A stretch of 64,000 nucleotides of DNA, from positions 186,001 through 250,000 of the forward strand of contig NMRA01000453.1 in the NCBI GenBank assembly GCA_002633005.1. Direction: 5' to 3'. A model generated the notes under the pieces. The model made no database searches. It saw nothing but the letters and a program-made list of their open reading frames with translations, and was not told the DNA's origin. Below are positions 10,701 through 22,700 of the stretch, one piece after another (positions within the stretch are counted from its first letter, which is position 1; each line of letters opens with the position of its first letter). Position numbers and translations under genes: made by a program. Origin of the DNA: Phoronis australis. Taxonomy: Eukaryota; Animalia; Phoronida.

Positions 10701-13700
10701 AAGGGATGACGACAACTTTCAGACAGGTCAGACAAACGCTTTCCCGCCTAGTGCCAATTTCATTTTTTTTCCATTTTCCTCTGTTTCTCTGAAGTTCCTT
10801 GATGGATTTTTTATGAAATTTGGTACAGGTAATAGCTTTCAAATTAATAAACGAAGTGTTCCCATTTTAGGATGGATTCAGTGTATTTTGTGCCATCTAG
10901 TTGCCATTTTCACTGTTTTCTAGTCTGTTTTTTTGTGTCCGCCTCTCTATCAACCAAAATTACTCTGAGAATGATTTTGAAAACTTGCGTTTATGTTTCT
11001 ACCGTGTAAAGGACAGCTGACGAGGATTTTCCGACGACTTGGACTACTGTGGCGCCTCCTAGTGACATTATTTTCGCATCTATAGCTGTATCTCCCAAAC
11101 CCTCTGTAGGATCTTCATTAACTTTGCCAAGTGTATTTATATGAAGTTGACAACGAACAATGACGACATTTGGATGGATTCAACTACCGCTGTGACCTCC
11201 TAGTGACAATCTTATTTTTTTCGTTTACCTCTGTATCTTTGAAACCTCTTGGCAGAGTTTTTATGCATACATTTTTGCATCACCCTATGGCAACATGCGA
11301 CGACGAGTTTCAGATCATTCCAACTACATATGTGCTCCCTAGTGGCAATTTTATTTTTATGCGCCCACATATTTATATGTGGACGCATTATGCTGTCATC
11401 TCCGTCCGTACGGGCGGCGTCCGTCCGGCGTCCGCTGCTCTATCTCCAAAACCCTTTGACATACGTTCATGAAATTTGGCACATATGTTCCATTCATGAA
11501 TGGGACGGCATGTGCGAACTTTCGGACGGATCCGACTACCGGTGTGCACCCTAGTGGCAATTTTAGTTTTTTACGCTTACCTTTGTATCTTCAAAAGTAT
11601 TGAACGGATTTTCATGAAATTTGGTATGTAGGCACCTATTAGTGAGATGACGCTATCCTACTGTTTTCAGATGGATTCGACGTAGTTTGCGCCACCTAGT
11701 GGCCATTTTTACTGTTTTCGAGTCTGTATTTTTGCGTCCACCCCTCTATCAACCAAACCGCTCAAAGGATGATTGTGAAAATTGGCGTGTATGTGCTTAC
11801 TATAAGGAAGACAGCTGACAATGATTTTCAGACGATTTGGACTACTGTGGCGCCTCCTAGTGGCAGTTTTGTTTTTTTGCGCCCATGGCTGTATCTCCCA
11901 AACCGTTTGCAGGATCTTTACTAAATTTAGCAAGTGTATTTATGTGATGTTGACAACGGACGATGACGACTTTAGGATGATTCTGATTACCGGTATGCCT
12001 CTAGTGGCAATTTTAGTATTTGCCTCTAGTGGCAATTTTAGTATTTTACATTGACCTCTGTATTTTCATAGGTCTTCAGGTGTATACTTTGTGTTACTTC
12101 GTGACTATGAAGGAAAAGTTCCAAGTAGAAATTTGTTTCTGGCATTCTAATGCTGTGCTAATCTCGTATGTTGGTAAATTTGTTTTTGATTCTATGTTTC
12201 TGTGGTGCTTTAAGCAACTGATGTATAGGATGTGCTTGTATTATGAAGATCACTCACATTTTGCCCCTAGCCTATTGAGGAGACAATGACCATGCCTATC
12301 CATTTTGCAAAGTACAACATACTACATATATGCCCTCTATTGTCCACTTTATGGTACCAATAAACAACCCTAGAAGGATACCGTATACGGTGCAATTGCG
12401 GGCGCATTTCAACGCTCTGCGTTGCTCTTGTTTACCTTTGTCTCTGTAACTTCAGACCTTCTTGATCCTTTTTCATGAATGGACAAACAAATTTCCATTA
12501 TGGATACGTCAGCACCTTTCCTTTTTATGATGTACTCGATATATTGTATACGAACTAGTGGCCATTTTAATTTTTTTTAGTCTGCCAAACCACGCAGATG
12601 ATCATTACGAAAATTGGCAGATGTGTTTCTACTAACAAGAGCGTGACTGACGTGGATTTTCAAATGGGTCCAACTACTGCGGTGCCCCCTAGTGGTACTG
12701 ACATTTTTTGCATCTACTTCTGTATCTGCTAAACCCCTTGGAAGATGTGTTTGAAATTTGCAATTGTATTCCTATTAACTTGACAACGCTCCGCATTGCT
12801 TTTGTTTATATCATTCTAGGAAATTGATGACAAACTTGTATCCAAGGATGTGGAAATTGCTCGTCTTCAGGAACAAGTAAACATATTACAAGAATCTCCG
12901 TCGCACTGTTCATTTGTTGGACATGCCTGGGAACAGGTGTGCCTTTGTGTGTGCGTGCGTGCGTGCGTGTGTGTGTTTTAATAAATTTGGACTTTTTTAA
13001 CTTTACCATGTGCTTGTCACCTCTTACTTTCTTTTGTATCGTTTTCATGGTGTGAGGACGTCTACTGTGCATTTGAATTTGGAATTTAAACATTTCCATG
13101 ACAGCGTTATTTCACCTCGCTTTGCTTAATTACACACGATAGAAGCACTGACATAATATGTTCATCTTACAGTGAGTTTTAAGTTATGTAGGACCTTATT
13201 GCTATATTTAACCCAATATTTGAAAAACTTTGGATTTTAGCTTTAATAGTAGAAGTAGATAATTATTTTCTGAACGTATAAACCTGTAGAATTTGATTTT
13301 TGACTTTCTGATCTACTATCAATTGGGTCACGTGACTATGTCTTTTTCGTAGAATTCAAGGAAAAAAGCTGCATTGATAGCAGAAGAATGGTATCAAATT
13401 TTCTTTGATATAAATGTTCAAGATGAGATCACAGTTTTCAAAAATGTCATTTGTTTTAATTTGTTTTATAAAATCATGAAAGTCCTACTGATTGCCCCTC
13501 ATGCAACAATCTTAAACGATGCACACTCTTTGGACTCATGGGAAGGTCATTGTTTGCCAAACTGCACTTGACTTGAGGAATTCATACCTACTTGTAGCTT
13601 AGCCCTTGCAATTTCCTTGTCTATTTCTTCCATATCTTTGATAATTGTTCTAACATTCAATTTCAAAGAATATCTAAAAGTATTTTTGGGTTTTTGATCT

Positions 13701-16700
13701 AAATATTTTTTGTCTTTACTCACGACGCATTTGTATTACTTATGGCAAATTCAATTGTGTCATGCTTTTGTTTGAAAGAATGCAGTGTACAGGTTTCTTA
13801 GACAGTTTTAAAAGTTAGTCACAAATGATCAGCAGTTGAACCAAAGGCCAGGAACTCCTTTCTGTGTTTAACATACAAATATTATCAAGAGGATCACCGA
13901 GTTGGTTTGGCCTAATCAGTGCAAATGAAATAGCCTTGTCTTAATCTAAAGCTATGTGATTCTATCTGATTAGCTGTTTGCACTGAGATAGTGGCTGTTT
14001 GATTTGTTACATTCTGATAGCTGTACGCTGGGATCTCATGATTTTCACTTTCACAACCCCTGTAGGAAAACATTGTTTAAATAATTTTATTTACATGTGG
14101 TTTTGTCCGAAAGTTTGAAGTGGCTGAACAACTCCCACAAATAAAGGGAATTTACTACATAAATTTCATTATGATAATAAAAAAACGTTTCATATTTTAA
14201 ACGATCAGTTATGTAGTTATCAATATTGAACAATCATACGTTTGCTGTTCTTAAGTATGCTGTACTTTGGCATATTCCATATCTTTTTAAAATCATTTTT
14301 GCCTCATACTGAGCTGCTGTCATAGATAATCATGACATGATGATAACTCTCAAACGGTTAACTGTCTGTCATTGTCAGTTAGTCTCCAACTGTTATCTTT
14401 ACAGAACAATGGAGTTGACACTGACGTTGAGTCATTCGTGAATGAGGTCCTAGAGAATGCCATCAGCAAACTTCAGCGGAGCGCAGTGTGTGAGTTGACT
14501 TTATTGGTAAAACATTGACCCCATGTTAGTGGACATCGCTTTGTGCTCAAAGTGATCTAGAAAACACGAGTTGTATATGTTATTTCGTGTGTTATTGTGT
14601 GTTGTGTTGTATTTTATTTTATTTTGCTTGTTGTAATACGTATTGTAGTTTTGTATGTTATTTTGTTCCCCAATGTTATGGTACACCAAACAATGGTAGT
14701 TTGTAATGGTAAATTGACACCTGTAATTAATTGGGTGTAACCATTTGTCCCTTTCAGTGAAAGGCAATTCTCCTGAACAGTTGCGTCTCAAACATGTACG
14801 TTTCTCAACACAGTCTCCTGTCATCATAAATCGACAACTGTCGGAGGATTTTGACTCTAGTATCGAAGTACTGTCTTCCCCTCCAGCTACCAGCGAACTA
14901 ACCTCTCTTCACAAGCAAATATCGTACGACTTCAAGGCTCGAATCTCTGCAGGGTTCTCACCCAATTTGACACATGCTAGTGTTGGGAGTGTACCCTTGT
15001 CTATATGTTCACCTTTAGCCATTGATGTCTCCCCTTCACCAACTCTACTTCCTATGACTGAAGTCCTTGCACAGATCAGCACTTTGTCAGAGCATAACGC
15101 ACGTATCATTGAGTCCTTCCAGGCATGCACATCTGACAATGCAGCAGACAAAAGTCCTTTTGATGACAACCAACCTTACATACCACGATACATGCGTGTG
15201 AAAACAAAAGAGGTAATGACGTCACCGTTGATCAGTGGCCACACTGGTGGCTTGCTGAGTTATGATTCATGTTCTCCTGTGCAGTTCGTCAACTCTGGAA
15301 CAACACCCATGACCCCACTGAAGAAGACCAGCATTGGTTGCGGAATGGATGTCAACTTCAATTGTAAGGTCAGTGATCAAATGACCACGCCGACATTGAT
15401 GAGATGTCATGAGACAATGACATCGCCGCCTGCCATGGCAACTCACGAAACCATGGTTACACCTGTCAAGTCGCTTTCTTTTGGTCAAGTGACCACTCCA
15501 GTCAGGACTACACACAGAGGTGTGGGTGTCTTAACTGAATGTCGCTCGCAAGGCTCGATGACCGAAGCTGTGAAAACTCGCAACTTTACACAAAATGTCA
15601 ATCTGTTTCACAGAGAGAAGGTTAATCGTCAATTCCATCCCGCTATGACAATATCACGAGGTGTGATGACATCACCGGCCAAAGTGGCCGATGTATCGCA
15701 GTTGACTACTCCTGTTAAGGCTAGGGACTTCTCTCAGTGTGTCACGCCCGTCTCTACTATCAATACTGCAACAACGACGTTATCTCCAGGACATGGGGAG
15801 ATAAGTATTATGACCACTCCAGTGAAAATGTCAGAGGCAGACACACTCACATCACCTGGTCTGGGGTAGGTAGATCTTGTTAAGCTTATACATAATGCTA
15901 ATTTTACATGTAATACAGCAGACATGGTTTCTTGCTTTTGTTCATAAAATTTCCAGTATAACGGTATTCTCCATAGATTATCTAGTTAAATTTATAACAA
16001 TGTAGTTCTCAATGAGTACTATTCAGTAGTTCCTCATGTACTGTCCAGTATATTGCCAAATGTCTGCGGTTTGTGGTTGGTAGAAACATTCACAAGTTTG
16101 AGCTTTACAAACTGATTTGAGAAACATTGTACTGTAGTTAACATTGGAAACTTTTTCTCTAAGCCAACACCAGTCAAAAAGTATTGAGAACACTCTGACA
16201 GATTTGAGTTGTAACGTTTTTTTTCTTGCTGTGTTTACATCTTGGTAATGTTGACAGTCTTTTATGACAACGCAGGAAATAATTAAATTCCAAGTAAAAA
16301 CTGTTTGATTGTGTTAGTGAATTATCTTATCACATTCTTCAGCTTTGACCACCCCATCACAATGAGACAACAGATCAACAACTTCCATAGTAGTATTGTC
16401 AGGTAGGCCTGTACTAGAAGTACTTCTTGCTCTCTGTGTAAAATTAGCCAGCATCACAAACCTGTCTACAGAACTATGTTGTCTACAACAGAATCCATTC
16501 TTACATTCAGTTGCTTTTTTCCTCATATTGTACTTGATTACCAGTATGCAATGATCAGATTTTTGTCTTAAATTCACAGACCATATTCTTTTATAATCAA
16601 TTGACCTCTCTGGACAATTTGTAAGTATGCAATGAAATTTTTAGTGTTTTTTGGCAGAAGAAGGCACTGTTCACGTCAGATACTTTGGAGATGTATTGTT

Positions 16701-19700
16701 ACTAAACCTGTAAAAAGCTTTTGAAAAAATTGACATTCAGGTGTCGTTTTTTATCTAATTTATTAAGTGTTGCATACCTTAAGAAAGTTCTTATATTCAT
16801 CTTTTGAAAATACCACTTGTCATCATATGTCATTTTTACATTAAACTAACCTGGTGTTAAACGGGGATAGATGTGACAAACGAGAGTTGCAAATTTTGGT
16901 TTTGATCCATGAGTGACTTTTAGAACAAATCAATGTTTAGTTTTGAAATTTTTATTTGTTATTTAATTGTCTATGTACAATGTCGCATATCATCAGAATA
17001 TTGGTTCTTCTTTCAAACAACACCATTTCCAACTTTTTGAAATGTCCGCAAACTGGCGGCTAAACATTTTTGATTGGGAAATTCAAAGACTTGTTACAAA
17101 TGTGGCTACCATCAAAATGGATGCGACACAAGAGTGTATGTGTTGAGCAGTGTGTCCTTGGCCCTAGTGTGTTCACTGTCACTGTTGCTGAGAACCGCCT
17201 TCGCATTGTTTGGTTGTCCTGCTAATGTGATACTATGGTGTAGCTTTTCATCACCTAAACAAAAATCATTCCCAAATCAGCAAGAATTGCTGGCACGTTA
17301 GAATTGTGAATACAGGACTACTTAGCTGAGGCAGTTTGAGTGTGTGCAAAGAAGTGGCATAACAACTGGGAATGTGATGATTAGTGATGCAACTAGTCAA
17401 TCTGTTAGGGCTGTTCCAGTAAAATCCGTATGGGAGGGNAAAATTTAAAAAAAAATTATGGGTGGTTGCATTTCATACTTATAAAAAATTATAGGTGGTG
17501 GGCTTAAAAAAAAATGAAAAGTATGGGTGGTGGGTGCAAAAAAAAAGTGCCTTCCCCCCCCTCCCATACAGATTTTACTGGAACAGCCCTTAATAAATCT
17601 CCTGATTTCACAGATTTTTACATTGTTAGCAAGTCTGAAATATAGTCATGTGAAAGTCTCTAAAAACTGCTGTTGAGGTTTTATTCAAACTATGTCAGCC
17701 AAGAGATGATCACTGTTTTTATTGATAGTTAATAGGCAAACCCAAATTTGCCAACATTTTTTCTTACCTAGCCATGTTTAACAGGTTACTTAAAGCTGCA
17801 TTTCACTCCATTTAGCCTGCTAAAACAAACACTGAGTTAAGCTTTTTAGTATCATAAAATCGGTCTCGCAATATTCCTTACAGCGACAAAACTCTCTTTG
17901 CATCACCAACAGAACATTGAAACAGTCAGCGACTCAAGAAAGTGTTTCAGCGTTCATTTGGGTTGGCTATCCCTAAAACTGTAAATTTGAAAGTGGCGCA
18001 TGTAATCATTGCCTTGGATTTGAGTTGATGGCTCAGTTGGGGAACAGTTTGAGATTGCACGAGCATTGTAATGTTTTTAAGCCCTGAAGTGCTTTGGTTA
18101 TGAATTCAACTTTGACAGCATAAAAGCGAAAAAATGCCCCTTTAAATTTCAAAATGGCATTTTGATGGCAAATTGTGTATTTCGAAAGTGTGGTTTTAAA
18201 TTAATTTTGCATTATTTCCAACACTACAATCTTATAAAAATAAAAGGTTGACAACCAAACATGGATTTCAGAACTGTTTTGGAAGGTTCATTTATTCTTT
18301 TGTTTAACCTTTTCTATCACTGCCCCCATGTAGGCTGGAATCTGAAATGGCTGGTCATCAGCAGGCCATTGAAGAGCGGGATGTAGAGATCGGTTGTCTT
18401 CATGATGAACTGACCAGCTATAAGGAGATGTGCTCCAAACTGCAGGATAACTTAGCTGAACTCAATCAGAAGCTGGCCAGAGCTAAGGAGACAGACGGAG
18501 AACTACATGATGTCACTGAAAGGCTGAAGGTGAGAAGTGTCTTGTAGCAGTCAAAGAACTACCAGGGTTTTCCGTAGATAAGCCCACCGGATGAAACGCT
18601 CATGGGCGTTTATTCGGAAAATTATGCCAAATACATGCCCGGGCGTTTATTTGGTTTCGCTAAAATGCCTGAAAATTTTTATTTGCTGAATACACACCCA
18701 TGGGCTTATCTACGGAAATTCCCGGTAATGATATCTTGGCCTTTTAATACAGTCCCACACATACGAATGTCAGAATTTAGTTTTAATTGTTGAAAACGAA
18801 CTTAAATTGAATTGTAGTACTCTTTTGAGAAGAATTTAGAATTAGACAAGTTTAAGTCAAATAAATGGTCAACAATGAATGACTTAAAATATTAAGTAAA
18901 ATATAAACTTCAAGCTTGGAATTTTCCACGGAAACGCGGATTTCCGCTTTTTTCAAATGTTCTGTCTGCGCATTTTATTATATTTCCGTGTAAAAAAATC
19001 GGATTTGATATAAAATTTCCACGGCAAATTCCTTTCTTACCGCGGCGTTGCCGACGACGTTCACCTCGAAAAACAGAAGTTGCTCTTTATGTTTCGGAGG
19101 AACGAAAATTGTCAACATTGCCGGGGCAGCTGGGATAGCGTTGTGGGATTTTCAATGGCGTCTTGTGTGATTGTAAACCGCGGTGATAAATACTACGGCT
19201 CTGCAGCCAAAAATGTGTGGGGGTGGGAGTGGATGGACGAGCTAAAAAGACGCAGACGTATGCTACTGGTGGTGGTAACGTTTTTTTTAGTCCTCCCGAT
19301 TTTTGTCGTCGAAAGGTTTACATGGAGTATTTCAAGGCTGGGTAGCGCGCATGTTTTGGGCCGTAAAAGTTTCCGCGTTTTTTGTCATTGGTCATTCCAA
19401 GCCCTGAAACTTACAATAGACTTTTTTGTAGTATATCCTGCCATCTTCAGAAATGTATAGAACACTTTCTTGTACATGTTTTGTAGGTTTTAACTTTGTT
19501 TAGGAATGTAAAACCTAGTTCAATTGTATGTTTACATTTTGAATCTTATGGTAAGTTTGGTAAAGGAATACCAGACCAATGTTCTTGTTTATTTCAACTA
19601 GTAAAATAAATATATGTAAATTAATCTTTTTCACGATAGTGTTCCACTGTCAATTTAATGCTTAGTTTTAGAAGATAAACCCCAGATACCACCCATTGTA

Positions 19701-22700
19701 GTTAGTGCACAACCATTCTGATCATGAAAATTTGTTTTTCCTGAAGTTTCCTCTCAGTTCTCCATGGCGTCAACTTTTTGTCACTCACTGTGATTGGCCT
19801 CAGTCTTCATGAGGAAGGCTATAGAATATTATCGGTATCAAAATATTTGACTGCACTTGAATTGGCATTTACACTGTCTGCTTTAAATTTTAGTTGTAAA
19901 TTTCTAAGCGCTTTCAGCACTGTATATTGACAATGTATGTGTAAATCTTATTATCTGTTCCCTCCAGTTTGTAGAGTCTCAGTCTATGGAACACATGGAG
20001 TTCATGGAACAAGAGCGACGGAGTCTGCTGGCATCACTGCAGGAGACTGAGGACACGTTGAACGCCACCACGCTGGACCTGTCTCGCAGCAAGGTGGCGT
20101 TCTTTGAGAAAGCCAGGATGTGCCAGGGTTATGAGAAAACAGTGAAGGAACTAAGGTAAGGACGATGCTTCTCAAACATCGCTGTGTCTCCCACCGGGCT
20201 CAAAATTGGACACCAGTGCTTAAAATTTGGGTCAGTAGATTTCCAAGGTTGTGCCAGGGTGTCTTGTCTCTCCGTGGCACAATGGAGGATGCAGTGTGTA
20301 ATTAAATAATTAACTGACATTATTTCTCTAGACTGTAGTTATTCTTACTTGTCAAGACAAGGTGCCCCGAAATTAAGCACTGCCAATTCCCTCAATGAAG
20401 AATTTTGATGCCTTGGAATGGACGATTGGCAAAGACATATTTCTGCTGTTGATTATAATATCGCAGTTTGGGCTTAGTTAATGAAGACTACTGCTCTTTA
20501 ATAAATAAAGGTTTGGTCTGAAGTGTGCCTGGAAAAGTGGAACTCTCAGGTGTCTACCAGGAGCTTCACAGTACATTTATAGTTGGTGTGTGTTCATTTT
20601 TAATTAGTTATATTGCAACACATGTAAATTCAGTTCCTACAATAATGTGTTAAAAGCATCTCTATGACCGCGCTGAAGTCATAAACTGCCAAATATAATT
20701 AACAGTTTGGGTTATTGCCTGACTTTCACGAACGTCACGATGAAAATCTTGAATTAATTAAAACAGCTACGAGCTAGACACACGCACATCATTGTACCCT
20801 TCAATGTACTCTAGTACGCGTAGTGGATATACTTTTGGCGTTTTCCTGCCATGAAGCAATATGACACAAAAAGGCTAATTCATGTGTGTGGCAGTGTTTG
20901 AGCATTCAAATCATCATGTTTGTTGTTCAAACATTGCAAAGCCTAACAAAAATCTGTTATAGGAAGACAAGCACATTCTGTCTTACTGAAAATGTTCATT
21001 TAATCTCTTTCTTACACTCAAGCTAAAACTGAGCACAGGTATATTTCGTGGAACTCTTTTCAATTCAATATTCACTGCCAATTATGAATGACTGCACTAG
21101 ACTGTTTTCATTGTATTCTCTTGTCAGTGAGAATCAACAAGCCCTTCAGTCAGAGCTGGACAGTACCAAGGCACACGCTCACTTTATGCTGCTGAGTCAA
21201 GCAACAGAGATACAGGACTCCAGTCAGGAGGCTAGGCAAATACTGGCTTCAATGAAGGAGTTGCTGGACAAAATCGAGGTGTATCAGGTAATGTCTGGGT
21301 AACCCATTGGTAGTTTTCGAACGATTGATAAGTAACCTCTGAAAGTTATGAAGCGTTTGTCATAAGGTATCCAGCTGCAAATAAGTTTTTCCTAATTTCC
21401 TTTGTTGTCATGCTGAAAGTATGACAAGTGCTGAGGACTTAATAGTTCTCTTCAACTTGAATGTGTTGAAAACTACAGTATGTTTCCTACACAATTCAAC
21501 CCGCTCTTTACATTGTCTAGTAGCTTGTCAGTTACAGTCTGCAACAACTAAACTTTACTGTATTCCCTATTTTGTTGGTTGTCTTTTTCACAGTTCTCAT
21601 TGTCAGCCATTTGTTAAATTTAACATCAGAGTAAGACATGCCTTTGCTGTTGTGTAAAATACTGGATGATCTGATGTTCCAATTTACCATCTGGTGTTCT
21701 CTTACAGAATACTGGAATCTACAGTTGAGTAATCCAACCAATTCACATGTGTTTCCTGCGTACGTGGGCAGGAGTATAAGACCTGTAAAATCCAATATTG
21801 ATTAGATATGTCAGAAGGTTGCTATTATGCCTTTCTCAACATTTTCAGGATTTTATAAACTTGATTTTCTTCCTGAGAACTACAATTATTTCTGTTAAAG
21901 CCTTTACAACATTACAATCACAAACTATAATAGTCATCAGTCACTCCTGTATCGGTTGACCAGCGAGGTAACGATCTGAAGGTCAAAAGTTAACTTCATG
22001 AATAATCTTAAAGTTTCTGTGGATTATTGTATTATAGAACAGTATGTTATAAAGAAGTCGACTTGTGTCCATTCCAACATTGCAGGAGCCAGAAGTGACT
22101 GTTAAGTTGGAACCCCCTCAGCTCTCCTCCACCCAGCAGGGGTCATCGTTCGTCTCCTCCATCTTGGGAGCCCTGAATGACACGCCCCAGACAGATTCAT
22201 GTCTTGCAACGCCACTGAGCCCCATATCTGAGCTAGGCACCAACAATGTCATCTTTAGTAAACCAGCAGTGTCCAGTCAGCTCAGAGTGTCTGAGACCAG
22301 TGCCTTCTCACAGGTCCAGAGAGTGGGTAACGGTGAGAGGTCACAAAGTGGAAGTTCACAGAGTGACGGGTCATCAGAAGATGTTCCATTGACTGAGTTG
22401 GTGAAGGAATTGAGGTTGGCCATGTCGCAAGTGTCTGAGGCAGTGAAGGACAGATTTGAGGAACACAACAGCAAATTGGAACAGTTGGCTAATCTGAAGT
22501 AAGGACACTGTTAAGTTTGAATTTACAGTGTAGGTGACATTGACCAGCATTCCAGGTGTTACTGACCTTTGAATTTACAGTGTAGGTGACATTGACCAGC
22601 ATTCCAGGTGTTACTGACCTTTGAATGTACAGTGTAGGTGACATTGACCANGATTCATGTCTTGCAACGCCACTGAGCCCCATATCTGAGCTAGGCACCA

